Shown: piece by piece, positions 21,236-31,219 of the stretch | Layout: each line of letters opens with the position of its first letter | Numbering within the stretch: position 1 is the stretch's first letter | Assembly (NCBI RefSeq): GCF_021246445.1 | Contig: NZ_JAJQXW010000005.1 | Location: forward strand, 1-64,000 | Direction: 5' to 3' | Length of the DNA: 64,000 nucleotides | From: Rhabdothermincola salaria | GTDB taxonomy: Bacteria; Actinomycetota; Acidimicrobiia; Acidimicrobiales; Acidimicrobilacustridaceae | Notes under the pieces: generated by a model | What the model was told of the DNA's origin: nothing | The model's database searches: none | What the model saw: only the letters and a program-made list of their open reading frames with translations | Position numbers and translations under genes: made by a program

Positions 21236-24200
21236 ATGTGCGGGATCATCGCCGTCGTCCGCCAACGATCCGATCGGACGCCGCCTGCGCCGGCGGAGGT
21301 CACCGACGCCCTCGACGCCGCCTCCCGCCACCTGGCCACCGCGCTCGAGCTCCCGGTCGATCGGGCCCTGATCGAGACGGTGGCGTCGGCCGGCCGGGCC
21401 GCCCACGATGCCGACCGCATCCTGCGAGGGGTTCCCGGCGTGGTCGCCCTGCTGGGCTCGGCCGACCTGGCGGCGACGGTGGAGAACCTCGCCGACGGCC
21501 TCGATCGCCAGGTGGTCGAGCTCGAAGCGCGTCTCGACGCCGCGGGCGCGGGCGCGGTCGCCGGTTCCGAGCTCGAGGCGCTCAACGCAGCCGTGGTGGC
21601 GGTCAAGGACGCCGTGTGGGCCTTGCGCCGCGATCGCCTGCGGGCGGCGCGGAGCGTGGCCGAGCTGGCCGGTCCCGGTGCGGGGCCGAGCGCGGTCGCC
21701 GCCCACCTGTCCGTGCACCAGGCCCTCTCGGCCATCGACCGCCTCGAGGTCCGAGGTCGCGACTCGGCCGGCCTGCACCTGTTGGTGCGCGACCACGGCC
21801 TCGACCTCGACTCCCCGGCGATCCAGGCCGCCCTGGCCGACCGGGCCGGCGACCCCCTGTTCGGCCACCGGGCGGTGCGCACCCCCGAGGGCCACCTGAG
21901 CTTCGTCTACAAGGCGGCGGCCGAGATCGGTGAGCTCGGCGACAACACCCGCCACCTCCGCGACGCCATTCGGGCCGACGCCCTCCTGCGCCAGGCCCTG
22001 GGCGCCGACGACGCCCAGGTGGTGGTGCTGGGGCACACCCGGTGGGCCAGCGTCGGCATCATCTCGGCGCCCAACGCCCACCCGTTGAACTCCGAGGAAC
22101 TCGACGACACGGCGGGCTCCTACGTCACCGCGGTGCTCAACGGCGACGTCGACAACTTCGCCGACCTCAAGGCCACCGAGGGCCTGCGCATCGCCCCGGA
22201 GATCACCACCGACGCCAAGGTGATCCCCACGCTCACCAGCCGGGCCATGGCCGACGGCTCGGACCTCGACGAGGCGTTCCGGCGTACCGTCAACCTCCTC
22301 GAGGGGTCGGTGGCCATCGCCGCCAGCGCCGCGGGCGATCCCGACGACCTGTTGCTGGCGCTGCGGGGCAGCGGCCAGGCCCTCTACGTGGGGCTGGCCG
22401 AGGACGCCTTCATCGTGGCCAGCGAGCCCTACGGGGTGGTCGAGGAGACCGACACCTACCTCCGCCTCGACGGGGAGGTGCCGGCCAGCCCCGACAACCC
22501 GGCCAGCAGCGGCCAGGTGGTGCGCCTCCACGGCGACGCCGCCGGCACGGTGGCGGGCATGCAGCGCTGGGCCTACGACGGCACGCTGGTGCCGGTCACC
22601 GACTCGGACCTCGCTGTGGCCCAGATCACCACCCGCGACATCGACCGCGGCGACTCCCCCCACTACCTGTTGAAGGAGATCGGCGAGGCTCCGGCCTCGT
22701 TCCGCAAGACGCTTCGGGGGAAGCTGGTCGACGGGCCCGACGGCCTGTCGGTCCACCTCGGCGACGACGTCCTGGCGCCCGACGTGCGCACCGCCCTCGC
22801 CGACGGCTCCATCAGCCGGGTGCTGGTGATCGGCCAGGGCACCGCCGCCGTGGCCGGCCGGTCGCTGGTCGAGGCCGTGGCCACCCTCGCGCCGACCTCC
22901 CGCCTGCGGGTCGAGGCCGTGCTGGCCACCGAGCTGTCGGGCTTCGACCTGCGCGCCTCCATGGAGGACACGTTGGTCGTGGCCGTCAGCCAGAGCGGCA
23001 CGACCACCGACACCAACCGCACCGTCGACCTGGTGCGGGGGCGGGGCGCCCGCGTGGTGGCGGTGGTGAACCGGCGCAACAGCGATCTCACCGACCGGGC
23101 CGACGGCGTGCTCTACACCTCCGACGGGCGCGACGTGGAGATGAGCGTCGCGTCGACCAAGGCCTTCTACGCCCAGATCGCGGCGTGCTATCTGCTCGCC
23201 GTGGCCATCGTCGACGCCCGCGGCGACGTCGCCGCCCCTCGGGGTGAGCTGCTCGCCGCGTTGCGCTCCATGCCCGAGGCCATGGAGCGGGTGATGGCCC
23301 TTCGTCCCGCCATCGCGGATGCCGCCCGTCGCCTGGCCCCGTCGCGCCGGTACTGGGCCATCGTCGGCAACGGAGCCAACCGCATCGCCGCCGAGGAGAT
23401 CCGGATCAAGCTCTCCGAGCTCTGCTACAAGGCCATCGCCTGCGACGGCACCGAGGACAAGAAGCACATCGACCTGTCGTCGGAGCCGATGATCCTGGTG
23501 TGCGCCGCCGGCCTGCAGGGTTCCACGGCCGACGACGTGGCCAAGGAGGTGGCGATCTACCGGGCCCACAAGGCGGCACCGGTCGTGGTGGCCACCGAGG
23601 GCGAGGAGCGCTTCTCCGCCGCCCTGCACGTCATCTCGGTGCCTGTGACCCATCCCCGGCTGGCCTTCGTCCTCTCGGCCATGGTCGGGCACCTCTTCGG
23701 CTACGAGGCCGCCCTCGCCATCGATGCCCAGGCGACACCCCTCCGCGAGGCCCGGGCCGCCATCGACGAGGCTGCCGCCGACGGCCTCGACGGCGAGGAG
23801 GCCCTGCGTTCTCTCCAACCGGCGCTGACCGCCACCGCCACGCGCTTCTACGACGGCTTGCGCACCGGCGACTACGACGGCCACCTGGAGGCGTCCACCG
23901 CCGTGCGCCTCTCGTCGACGTGGCGCTTCGCGCTGGGCGTCATCGGGCTCGACGCCTACCAGCTCGAGCATGGCAAGGTCGGCACGCCGGGGGTGGTCCT
24001 CGAGGACCTCTCCATCGCCCTGAGCCGTGCCATCGACGAGCTGACCCGACCCATCGACGCCATCAAGCACCAGGCCAAGACCGTGACGGTGGGCATCTCG
24101 CGCAGCGACGAGACCCTGCTGCAGGTGCCGTTGGTGAAAGAGGTGCTCGTCGCCGGCGCCGCCCGTGACCATCTCACCTACGCCACGCTGCGCACCCTGG

Positions 24201-24688
24201 CCGCCCTCGAGCCCCTCGTCGCCGATGTCCTCGGCTACACGCGGTATGCCATCGACGGCCACGTCGACGCAGTCGACGGGCGCGACGACGCCACCGTGGT
24301 GGTGGTCGACCGGGGCGGCATCGGCACCGAGCTGCGTAGCCGCACCGAGGAGGACCCCCAGCTGCGGGGCACCAAGCGCTGGGTCGCCGTCGAGCGCACG
24401 GTGCTGGTGGCCAAGGGCCGCAGCGACGGCCGCACCGTCGTGATCGTGCCGGAGATGACCGACGGCGCACCCACCGGGCTGGTGCTGTTGCACGTGCGCC
24501 TCGAGGACGACCTGCCCCTGCCCGTGCTGCGGTCGGTGCTGCAGGGCTACCGGAACCGCTACGCCGCCATCAAGCACGCCGTCACCGAGACCGAGCCCGT
24601 CTTCCGCGACGACCTGCTCGTCACCGTGCCCGTGGTCGACCTCATGACCGAACCGGTGAACGACCTCGCCGACCGCTGGCGGCCATGA
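21236..24688 (+). CDS. glmS: Glutamine-fructose-6-phosphate aminotransferase-like protein, enlarged (~1150 aa)
   Basis: MCGII, RGRDSAG, GHTRWAS, NAHP, SQSGTTTDT, VASTKAF, IKLSELCY, AKTVTV; follows glmM. Confidence 0.85.
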   Translation: MCGIIAVVRQRSDRTPPAPAEVTDALDAASRHLATALELPVDRALIETVASAGRAAHDADRILRGVPGVVALLGSADLAATVENLADGLDRQVVELEARLDAAGAGAVAGSELEALNAAVVAVKDAVWALRRDRLRAARSVAELAGPGAGPSAVAAHLSVHQALSAIDRLEVRGRDSAGLHLLVRDHGLDLDSPAIQAALADRAGDPLFGHRAVRTPEGHLSFVYKAAAEIGELGDNTRHLRDAIRADALLRQALGADDAQVVVLGHTRWASVGIISAPNAHPLNSEELDDTAGSYVTAVLNGDVDNFADLKATEGLRIAPEITTDAKVIPTLTSRAMADGSDLDEAFRRTVNLLEGSVAIAASAAGDPDDLLLALRGSGQALYVGLAEDAFIVASEPYGVVEETDTYLRLDGEVPASPDNPASSGQVVRLHGDAAGTVAGMQRWAYDGTLVPVTDSDLAVAQITTRDIDRGDSPHYLLKEIGEAPASFRKTLRGKLVDGPDGLSVHLGDDVLAPDVRTALADGSISRVLVIGQGTAAVAGRSLVEAVATLAPTSRLRVEAVLATELSGFDLRASMEDTLVVAVSQSGTTTDTNRTVDLVRGRGARVVAVVNRRNSDLTDRADGVLYTSDGRDVEMSVASTKAFYAQIAACYLLAVAIVDARGDVAAPRGELLAALRSMPEAMERVMALRPAIADAARRLAPSRRYWAIVGNGANRIAAEEIRIKLSELCYKAIACDGTEDKKHIDLSSEPMILVCAAGLQGSTADDVAKEVAIYRAHKAAPVVVATEGEERFSAALHVISVPVTHPRLAFVLSAMVGHLFGYEAALAIDAQATPLREARAAIDEAAADGLDGEEALRSLQPALTATATRFYDGLRTGDYDGHLEASTAVRLSSTWRFALGVIGLDAYQLEHGKVGTPGVVLEDLSIALSRAIDELTRPIDAIKHQAKTVTVGISRSDETLLQVPLVKEVLVAGAARDHLTYATLRTLAALEPLVADVLGYTRYAIDGHVDAVDGRDDATVVVVDRGGIGTELRSRTEEDPQLRGTKRWVAVERTVLVAKGRSDGRTVVIVPEMTDGAPTGLVLLHVRLEDDLPLPVLRSVLQGYRNRYAAIKHAVTETEPVFRDDLLVTVPVVDLMTEPVNDLADRWRP

Positions 24689-24737
24689 CCGTCGCCGATC
24701 GGACCCCGGTTCCTGGTGAGGTCGGGGGAGCGCGGCG

Positions 24738-26639
24738 GTGATCGTGGGCATCGGGGTCGACGTCGTCGACCTCGAGCGCTTCGGGGTGGTCCTGGCCCGC
24801 CGGCCCGCCATGGTCGAGCGGCTGTTCACGCCGGCCGAGCGTGAGTACGCGGAGCGCCGCCGCGACCCGGTCGAGCGCTACGCCGTGCGCTTCGCCGCCA
24901 AGGAGGCCGTCCTCAAAGCCCTGGGCGTGGGCATCGGATCGGTGGGCTGGCACGACATCGAGGTGCGCCGCGACGACGACGGTCGGCCGTCGGTCGTGCT
25001 GTCGGGAGCCGCCGCCGACAAAGCCGCCGAGGCCGGGGTCACCCGCTGGCAGGTGTCGTTGACCCACACCGACCTGGTGGCCCAGGCGACGGTGCTGGCC
25101 CAGGGCGCGCCGGCGGCGGACGTCGCATCCGGGCCGGAGGCCCCCACGGCCCCGAGGGGCGCCGCCCACGAGGCCCGCTCGCCCGGGCCCACCGTCGGGT
25201 CGTCCGGCGCCGGAGCCGATGGCGGGCAGGACGGCGCGTCGTTCGCCGTCGACGGCCTCCCCGTCGACGGTGGGTTGGTCCCCATCGTCACGCCCGAGGA
25301 GATGGGGGCCATCGACCGGTCCGCCCCCGAGCCGGTGAAGGTGCTCATCGGCCGGGCGGGTGGGGCGGTCGCTGGTGCTGCGCGCCGGCTGCTCGGTGGC
25401 ACCTACGGACGGCGGGTCGTGGTCCTCGAGGGCAAGGGCAACAACGGCAATGACGGTCGCGAGGCCGCCCGGCGCCTGCGCAGTTGGGGGGTGCGGGTCC
25501 TCGAGCTCGACGTGGCCAGCGCGCCCGGGCGCCTGCCCGACGCCGACCTCGTCATCGATGCCGCGTTCGGCACCGGGTTCCGTGGCGGCTTCCGGGCCCC
25601 GGTCGCGGCCGCGGGAGCGGCCGTCCTCGCCGTCGACATCCCGTCGGGAGTCGACGGTCTCACCGGCGCGCCCAGCGAGCGGGTGCTGGCGGCCGATGCC
25701 ACCCTCACCTTCGCCGCCCTCAAGCCCGGCCTGGTGCTGCCCCCCGGCTCGGAGCTGGCCGGTCGGGTGGAGGTGGCCGACATCGGCCTCGACGTGTCGG
25801 GGGCCCGGGCCCACCTCGTCGGGGCCGCGGCCGTGGCCGGATGGCTCCCCGACGTGCCCGCCACCGGCCACAAGTGGCAGCGGGCCGTGTGGATCGTGGC
25901 CGGCAGCCCGGGGATGGCGGGTGCCGCCGCCCTCTGCGCCGGGGGCGCGGCCCGCGCCGGCGCCGGCTACGTGCGCCTCTCCACCCCCGGGGGTCACCCG
26001 GCCGGCGCGCCGGTGGAGGCCGTGCTCGGCGACCTGCCGGCCTCGGGGTGGGGTGGCGAGGTGCTCGGCGACCTCGACCGCTTCGCCGCCGTGGTCGTCG
26101 GCAACGGGCTGGGGACCTCGCCCGAGATGCGAGCCGAGATCCGATCGGTCGTGGCGGGGGCTGCGGCGCAGGGTGTCCCCACCGTGGTCGACGCCGACGG
26201 GCTGACCGCCCTCGGATCCGACGCCGGGGAGCTGGTGGGCCCGGCCACGGTCCTCACCCCTCACGACGGCGAGTTCGCCCGACTGGCAGGGGAGGCCCCC
26301 GGCGCCGACCGGCTGGCGTCGGCCCGAGCGCTGGCCGAACGAACCGGTGCCGTGGTGCTGCTCAAGGGGCCCTCCACCGTCGTGGCCCACCCCGACGGGC
26401 GGGTCCTGGTCACCACCACCGGTGACCAGCGACTGGCCACCGCCGGCACCGGCGACGTGCTCGCCGGGGTCGTCGGCGCACTCATGGCCCAGGGCCTCGA
26501 TCCGTGGCGGGCCGCGGCGGCCGGCTCGTTCCTCCACGGGCTCGCCGGCGCCCTAGGCTGGCCTCGCGGCCTGGTCGCCGGGGATCTCCCCGCCGCCCTG
26601 CCGGCCGCCATCGCCGAGGTCGCGGCGCTGCGCCCCTAG
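24738..26639 (+). CDS. Fusion: holo-ACP synthase (AcpS) + NAD(P)HX epimerase (NnrE) + NAD(P)HX dehydratase (NnrD)
   Basis: GIGVDVV and RFAAKEAVLKALG, SLTH (AcpS); GKGNNGNDG, DAAFGTG, DIPSG (YjeF_N); VVDADGL, TPHDGEF, AGTGDVLAG (YjeF_C). Confidence 0.88.
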   Translation: MIVGIGVDVVDLERFGVVLARRPAMVERLFTPAEREYAERRRDPVERYAVRFAAKEAVLKALGVGIGSVGWHDIEVRRDDDGRPSVVLSGAAADKAAEAGVTRWQVSLTHTDLVAQATVLAQGAPAADVASGPEAPTAPRGAAHEARSPGPTVGSSGAGADGGQDGASFAVDGLPVDGGLVPIVTPEEMGAIDRSAPEPVKVLIGRAGGAVAGAARRLLGGTYGRRVVVLEGKGNNGNDGREAARRLRSWGVRVLELDVASAPGRLPDADLVIDAAFGTGFRGGFRAPVAAAGAAVLAVDIPSGVDGLTGAPSERVLAADATLTFAALKPGLVLPPGSELAGRVEVADIGLDVSGARAHLVGAAAVAGWLPDVPATGHKWQRAVWIVAGSPGMAGAAALCAGGAARAGAGYVRLSTPGGHPAGAPVEAVLGDLPASGWGGEVLGDLDRFAAVVVGNGLGTSPEMRAEIRSVVAGAAAQGVPTVVDADGLTALGSDAGELVGPATVLTPHDGEFARLAGEAPGADRLASARALAERTGAVVLLKGPSTVVAHPDGRVLVTTTGDQRLATAGTGDVLAGVVGALMAQGLDPWRAAAAGSFLHGLAGALGWPRGLVAGDLPAALPAAIAEVAALRP

Positions 26640-26669
26640 ACCTGGACGACCGTCGTCACCGGAGGACCG

Positions 26670-27179
26670 ATGCTGCTGCGAGACACGCCCGTGCGCGACC
26701 TGATGGTCACCGAGGTGCTCACCTTCCGCCCGGCGGACAACGTCCAGGACGCCATGCGGGCGCTCGTCCTGCGCGACATCGACGGGGCTCCCGTGCTCGA
26801 CGACGACGGCCGGGTGGTGGGGGTGCTCTCCACCGCCGACCTGATCGTGGAGGAGTCCCGGATCCCGCTCCCCGCGGTCATCACGCTGCTCGGCGCGGTG
26901 TTGGAGCTCCCGTCGTCCAGGCGACGCTACGAGGAGACGCTCGAGAAGGCCCTCGGGGCCACGGTGGGCGAGGTGATGGCCGACGACGACGTGGTGACCA
27001 TCGGCCCCGACGAGACCCTCGAGACGGCCGCCACGGTCATGCACGATCGCGATGTGTCGCGTCTGCCCGTCGTCGACCACGACGGGGTCCTCGTCGGCTT
27101 GCTGGCGCGAGGCGACATCGTGCGGGCCATCGTCCGCGACGCCGACGCCAGGGGGACGACCAGCCCGACCGAGGGCTGA
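26670..27179 (+). CDS. CBS-pair domain protein
   Basis: VRDLMV...GAPVLD..GRVVGVLS and VGEVM...RLPVVD..LVGLL..DI; GGAGG SD. Confidence 0.9.
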   Translation: MLLRDTPVRDLMVTEVLTFRPADNVQDAMRALVLRDIDGAPVLDDDGRVVGVLSTADLIVEESRIPLPAVITLLGAVLELPSSRRRYEETLEKALGATVGEVMADDDVVTIGPDETLETAATVMHDRDVSRLPVVDHDGVLVGLLARGDIVRAIVRDADARGTTSPTEG

Positions 27180-27184
27180 GAGCG

Positions 27185-28291
27185 GTGCGCGCCACGCGGG
27201 CCGACGTCGACCTCGGTGCCATCGCCCACAACGTGGGGGTGCTCAAGGGGCTGGTCGCCCCGGCCGCGGTGTGCGCGGTGGTCAAAGCCGACGGCTACGG
27301 GCACGGGGCCATCGCCGTCAGCCGGGCGGCGCTGGCCGCCGGGGCGGACTGGTTGGCGGTCGCCCTGGTGGAGGAGGGCGTCGTTCTGCGCCGCTCCGAG
27401 ATCGACGCCCCGGTGCTGTTGCTCTCCCAGCCCCGCCTCGACGACATCGCCGCCGCCGTGCGCTTCGATCTGCGGGTGTGCGTCTACACGCCGGAGGCGG
27501 TCGAGGCGGTGGCCGAGGCGGCCAAGCGCGAGCGCCGGTTGGCCCGGGTGCACCTCAAGGTCGACACGGGCATGAACCGGGTCGGCGTGGCCCCACAGGA
27601 CGCGCTCGCCCTCGCCCGCCGCATCGCCGGGCACGGCAGCCTCGAGCTCGAGGGGGTGTTCACGCACCTGGCGGTGGCCGACGAGCCCGGTCACCCCTTC
27701 ACCGACACCCAGCTCGACCGCTTCGACGCGGTTGTGGCCGAGCTCGACGCCGACGGCCTGCGTCCCACGCTGTTGCACGCCGCCAACTCGGCCACCGCCA
27801 TCGAGCATCCCCGGGGCCGCTACGACCTGGTCCGGGCCGGCATCTCCGTCTACGGCATCCCGCCGGCCCCCGTGCTGGCCGACCGGGTCGACCTGCGTCC
27901 GGCCATGACGCTGCGTAGCGAGGTCTCCATGGTCAAGCGGGTGGGGGCGGGGGAGGGCATCTCCTACGGGCTGCGCCACGTCTTCGACCGGGAGACCACC
28001 GTGGCCACCGTGCCGGTGGGCTACGCCGACGGGGTGTCGAGGCGTCTCAGCGCGCTCGGCACCGACGTCCTCGTGGGTGGGCGGCGCTGCCCCATCGTGG
28101 GGACCATCACCATGGACCAGCTGATGGTCGACTGCGGCGACGACGACGTGGCGGTGGGCGACGAGGTGGTGCTCATCGGCCGTCAGGGCGACGAGTGCGT
28201 CACCGCCGAGGAATGGGCCGAGCGGCTCGACACCATCGCCTACGAGGTCGTCTGCGGCATCGGTCCCCGGGTGCCCCGCCGCTACCGCTGA
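27185..28291 (+). CDS. alr: Alanine racemase
   Basis: AVVKADGYGHG, HLKVDTGMNR, ISYG, GYADG, MDQLMVD. Confidence 0.96.
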   Translation: MRATRADVDLGAIAHNVGVLKGLVAPAAVCAVVKADGYGHGAIAVSRAALAAGADWLAVALVEEGVVLRRSEIDAPVLLLSQPRLDDIAAAVRFDLRVCVYTPEAVEAVAEAAKRERRLARVHLKVDTGMNRVGVAPQDALALARRIAGHGSLELEGVFTHLAVADEPGHPFTDTQLDRFDAVVAELDADGLRPTLLHAANSATAIEHPRGRYDLVRAGISVYGIPPAPVLADRVDLRPAMTLRSEVSMVKRVGAGEGISYGLRHVFDRETTVATVPVGYADGVSRRLSALGTDVLVGGRRCPIVGTITMDQLMVDCGDDDVAVGDEVVLIGRQGDECVTAEEWAERLDTIAYEVVCGIGPRVPRRYR

Positions 28292-28369
28292 GCGCCGCCG
28301 GCGACGTCCTGTCCACCGGGGCCGCCAGAGAGCGGTCGTCGCCGAGGCCGGGGAGCGTAGGGTCGGGCC

Positions 28370-29344
28370 ATGCTGACCGACGTCGAGGGAGTCAGGGTCG
28401 GGCACTGGACCGACGAGGTCGCCCGCACCGGGTGCACGGTCGTGGTCCTGCCCGAGGGCACGGTCGCCTCGGGCGAGGTGCGCGGCGGCGCCCCCGCCAC
28501 CCGCGAGTTCGCCCTGCTCGACCCGGCTCGCATCGTCGACCGCCTCGACGCCGTGGTGCTGTCGGGAGGGTCGGCCTTCGGGCTGGCTGCCGCCGACGGC
28601 GTGATGGCCGCCCTGGCCGAGGCCGGCCGGGGCTTTGCGACCGGTGCCGGGCCGGTGCCCATCGTGGTGGGCCTGTCGCTGTTCGACCTGCTCGAGGGCG
28701 ACGGTTCGGTGCGCCCGGGCGCGGGACACGGTGCCGAGGCGCTGGCCTCGGCCCTGGCCGAGCAGCCGCCGTCGCCCGTGCTCGCCGACACGGGCCTGTC
28801 CGTCGCCGCGCTGGGCCGGCTCGGTGCGGGAACGGGGGCCACCGTCGGCAAGTGGCGGGGCCGTGACCACGTTCGCCCCGGAGGGATCGGCGCCGCGACC
28901 GTCCGCCTCCACGACCTCGTGGTCTCGGCCATGGTCGCGGTGAACGCCTTCGGTGACGTCGAGCCCGAACCGGGGCCGTCGGACCACGTGCCCGTCGCGC
29001 TCGAGGACCTGCCCGTCGACGTCGCCACCGGTGCCTTCGGGCCCGCCGCCGGGGCCGGCCTCGCCGAGGAAGCCGCCGGGTTCGGCGGCCCCGGTCCCTC
29101 CTCGGGCCAGAACACCACCATCGGCGTCGTGGTCACCAACGCCACCCTCGACAAGGCCGGGTGCCACCTCGTGGCCCAGGGCGCCCACGACGGCTACGCC
29201 CGGGCCCTGTTCCCACCCCACACCCGGGTCGACGGCGACGCCGTGGTGGCCGCCGCCACCGGGGTCGTGCCCGCCGACGTCGACCTCGTCCGCCTCCTCG
29301 CCGTACGAGCGGTCGACGCCGCCATCCGCGCCGTCGGGCGCTAG
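28370..29344 (+). CDS. P1/S58 (DmpA-like) peptidase family protein
   Basis: TDVEGVRVGH, RGGAPATRE, GGSAFGL, GAGTGAT, NTTIG, HTRVDGD. Confidence 0.85.
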   Translation: MLTDVEGVRVGHWTDEVARTGCTVVVLPEGTVASGEVRGGAPATREFALLDPARIVDRLDAVVLSGGSAFGLAAADGVMAALAEAGRGFATGAGPVPIVVGLSLFDLLEGDGSVRPGAGHGAEALASALAEQPPSPVLADTGLSVAALGRLGAGTGATVGKWRGRDHVRPGGIGAATVRLHDLVVSAMVAVNAFGDVEPEPGPSDHVPVALEDLPVDVATGAFGPAAGAGLAEEAAGFGGPGPSSGQNTTIGVVVTNATLDKAGCHLVAQGAHDGYARALFPPHTRVDGDAVVAAATGVVPADVDLVRLLAVRAVDAAIRAVGR

Positions 29345-29397
29345 CACCGGGCTCTCCGGCCGTCGCCGGTCGCGGCCCAGGGCACTAACCTTTCCGG

Positions 29398-29991
29398 GTG
29401 CCTCTCACCCTCGCCGCGCTCGCCGACGACGCGGCCGGTTGCACCCGCTGCCCCCTCGCCGAGACCCGCACCAACGTCGTCTTCGGCACCGGCGACCCCG
29501 TCACCGACCTCATGTTCATCGGAGAGGGGCCCGGCGCCCAGGAGGACGAGCAGGGCCTCCCGTTCGTCGGCCGCTCCGGCCAGCTCCTCGACCGTCTCGT
29601 GCTCGAGGAGCTCGGCCTGACCCGCGACCGCGTCTACATCGCCAACGTCGTCAAGTGCCGCCCCCCGAACAACCGCGATCCCGTGCCCGACGAGATCGCC
29701 GCCTGCCGGCCCTACCTCGAGTCCCAGCTCGAGCTCATCGCCCCGAAGGTCGTGGTCACCCTGGGCAAGTTCGCCGGCCAACTGCTCCTGGCCTCCAAGG
29801 AGGGGATCACCCGCCTCCGGGGCCGCAGCTACCCCTACGGAGGTGCCGTGCTGGTCCCCACCGTCCATCCCGCCTACGTGCTGCGGGGCGGGGCCGAGCC
29901 CATGGCCCAGATGCGCGCCGACCTGGTCCGGGCCCGGCTGGCCCTGCGCGACGCCGGCTCCCCGTTGGCCGAGGCGGTGCCGGCCTCGTGA
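29398..29991 (+). CDS. Uracil-DNA glycosylase family 4 (4Fe-4S)
   Basis: [32 protein letters not shown]. Confidence 0.92.
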   Translation: MPLTLAALADDAAGCTRCPLAETRTNVVFGTGDPVTDLMFIGEGPGAQEDEQGLPFVGRSGQLLDRLVLEELGLTRDRVYIANVVKCRPPNNRDPVPDEIAACRPYLESQLELIAPKVVVTLGKFAGQLLLASKEGITRLRGRSYPYGGAVLVPTVHPAYVLRGGAEPMAQMRADLVRARLALRDAGSPLAEAVPAS

Positions 29992-30524
29992 TCTGGGCTC
30001 GTACGACCGGCGTCGAGGACACCCGCGAGTTGGCCGCCGCCCTGGCCGAGCTGGCCCGACCGGGCGACCTGCTCCTGCTGGCGGGCGACCTCGGGGCGGG
30101 CAAGACGGCCTTCACCCAGGGCTTCGGCGCCGCGCTCGGGGTGGACGAGCGCATCACCAGTCCCACCTTCACCCTCGTCAACAGCTACGAGGGGCGCCTC
30201 GAGCTGAACCACCTCGATGCCTACCGGCTCGACTCGGTCAACGAGGTGATCGATCTCGGCGTGCCCGAGATGCTCGACGACGGCGGGGTCACCGTCATCG
30301 AGTGGGGCGACGTGGTGGCCCCCGCCCTCCCGGCCGACTACCTCGAGGTCCGCTTCACCTTCACCGACGGCTCCGACGACGAGCGCCTCCTGGAGCTGGC
30401 GCCCGTGGGGGCCAGGTGGATGGCCCGCACCCGGGCCGTCGCCGCTGCCCTCGCCCCCTGGATCCACGAGGCCGATGCACCCGCTCCCGTGACCGACACC
30501 CCGAGCCCCGAGGACCCCGCCTGA
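29988..30524 (+). CDS. tsaE: t6A biosynthesis ATPase TsaE
   Basis: GDLGAGKT, SPTFTL, HLDAYRL, IEWG. Confidence 0.95.
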   Translation: MIWARTTGVEDTRELAAALAELARPGDLLLLAGDLGAGKTAFTQGFGAALGVDERITSPTFTLVNSYEGRLELNHLDAYRLDSVNEVIDLGVPEMLDDGGVTVIEWGDVVAPALPADYLEVRFTFTDGSDDERLLELAPVGARWMARTRAVAAALAPWIHEADAPAPVTDTPSPEDPA

Positions 30525-31219
30525 TGTTGATCGCCGGCATCGACACCGCCACCATCCAGGTGAGCGTGGCCATCGGCGGCCACGAGGGGGTGCTCGCCTC
30601 CACCCAGTCGTGCCGCGCCCGCCAGCACGCCGAGGTCCTCACCCCGGCCATCGACTTCACCTGTCGCCAGGCCCGCATCGAGCTGTCCGAGATCAGCGTC
30701 GTGGCCGTCGACCTCGGCCCGGGGCTGTTCACCGGCCTGCGGGTCGGCGTGGCCGCGGCCAAGGCCATGGCCCACGCCCTGAAGGTGCCCATGATCGGGG
30801 TGCCCAGCCTCGACCTGCTGGCCTTCCCCGTGCGCTTCACCCCCCGCCTCATCGTCGCCGCCATCGACGCCCGTCGGGGCGAGCTCTTCTACGCCTTCTA
30901 CCGTCAGGTGCCCGGCGGCATCCAGCGCCTCTCACCCCACCAGGTGGGCTCGCCCGACGACCTCGCCTCGGAGCTCCTCGCCGCGGGGGAGGACTGCCTG
31001 CTGGTCGGCGACGGCGCCATCCGCTACCGAGAGGTCTTCGACGGCCTGAAGCGCATCGAGATCGTCGAGGAAGGCCTGGCCTACCCGTCGGCGTCGTCGC
31101 TGGTGATGCTGGCCCACGCCCGGGCCCTGCGGGAGGAGTGGGTGAAGCCCTGGGACCTGCAACCGCTCTACCTCCGCAAACCCGACGCCGAGATCAACTG
31201 GACCACCCGACCCTCGTGA
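30524..31219 (+). CDS. tsaB: t6A biosynthesis protein TsaB
   Basis: IDTAT, HAE, GPGLFTGLRVG, DARRGE, PLYLR. Confidence 0.95.
   Translation: MLIAGIDTATIQVSVAIGGHEGVLASTQSCRARQHAEVLTPAIDFTCRQARIELSEISVVAVDLGPGLFTGLRVGVAAAKAMAHALKVPMIGVPSLDLLAFPVRFTPRLIVAAIDARRGELFYAFYRQVPGGIQRLSPHQVGSPDDLASELLAAGEDCLLVGDGAIRYREVFDGLKRIEIVEEGLAYPSASSLVMLAHARALREEWVKPWDLQPLYLRKPDAEINWTTRPS

Noticed and set aside
19204..24829. Very long antisense ORFs (892 aa, 1251 aa) and similar ones opposite groEL, guaA, pcrA
   Set aside because: Shadow frames expected from strong GC3 bias on the coding strand; no protein motifs.
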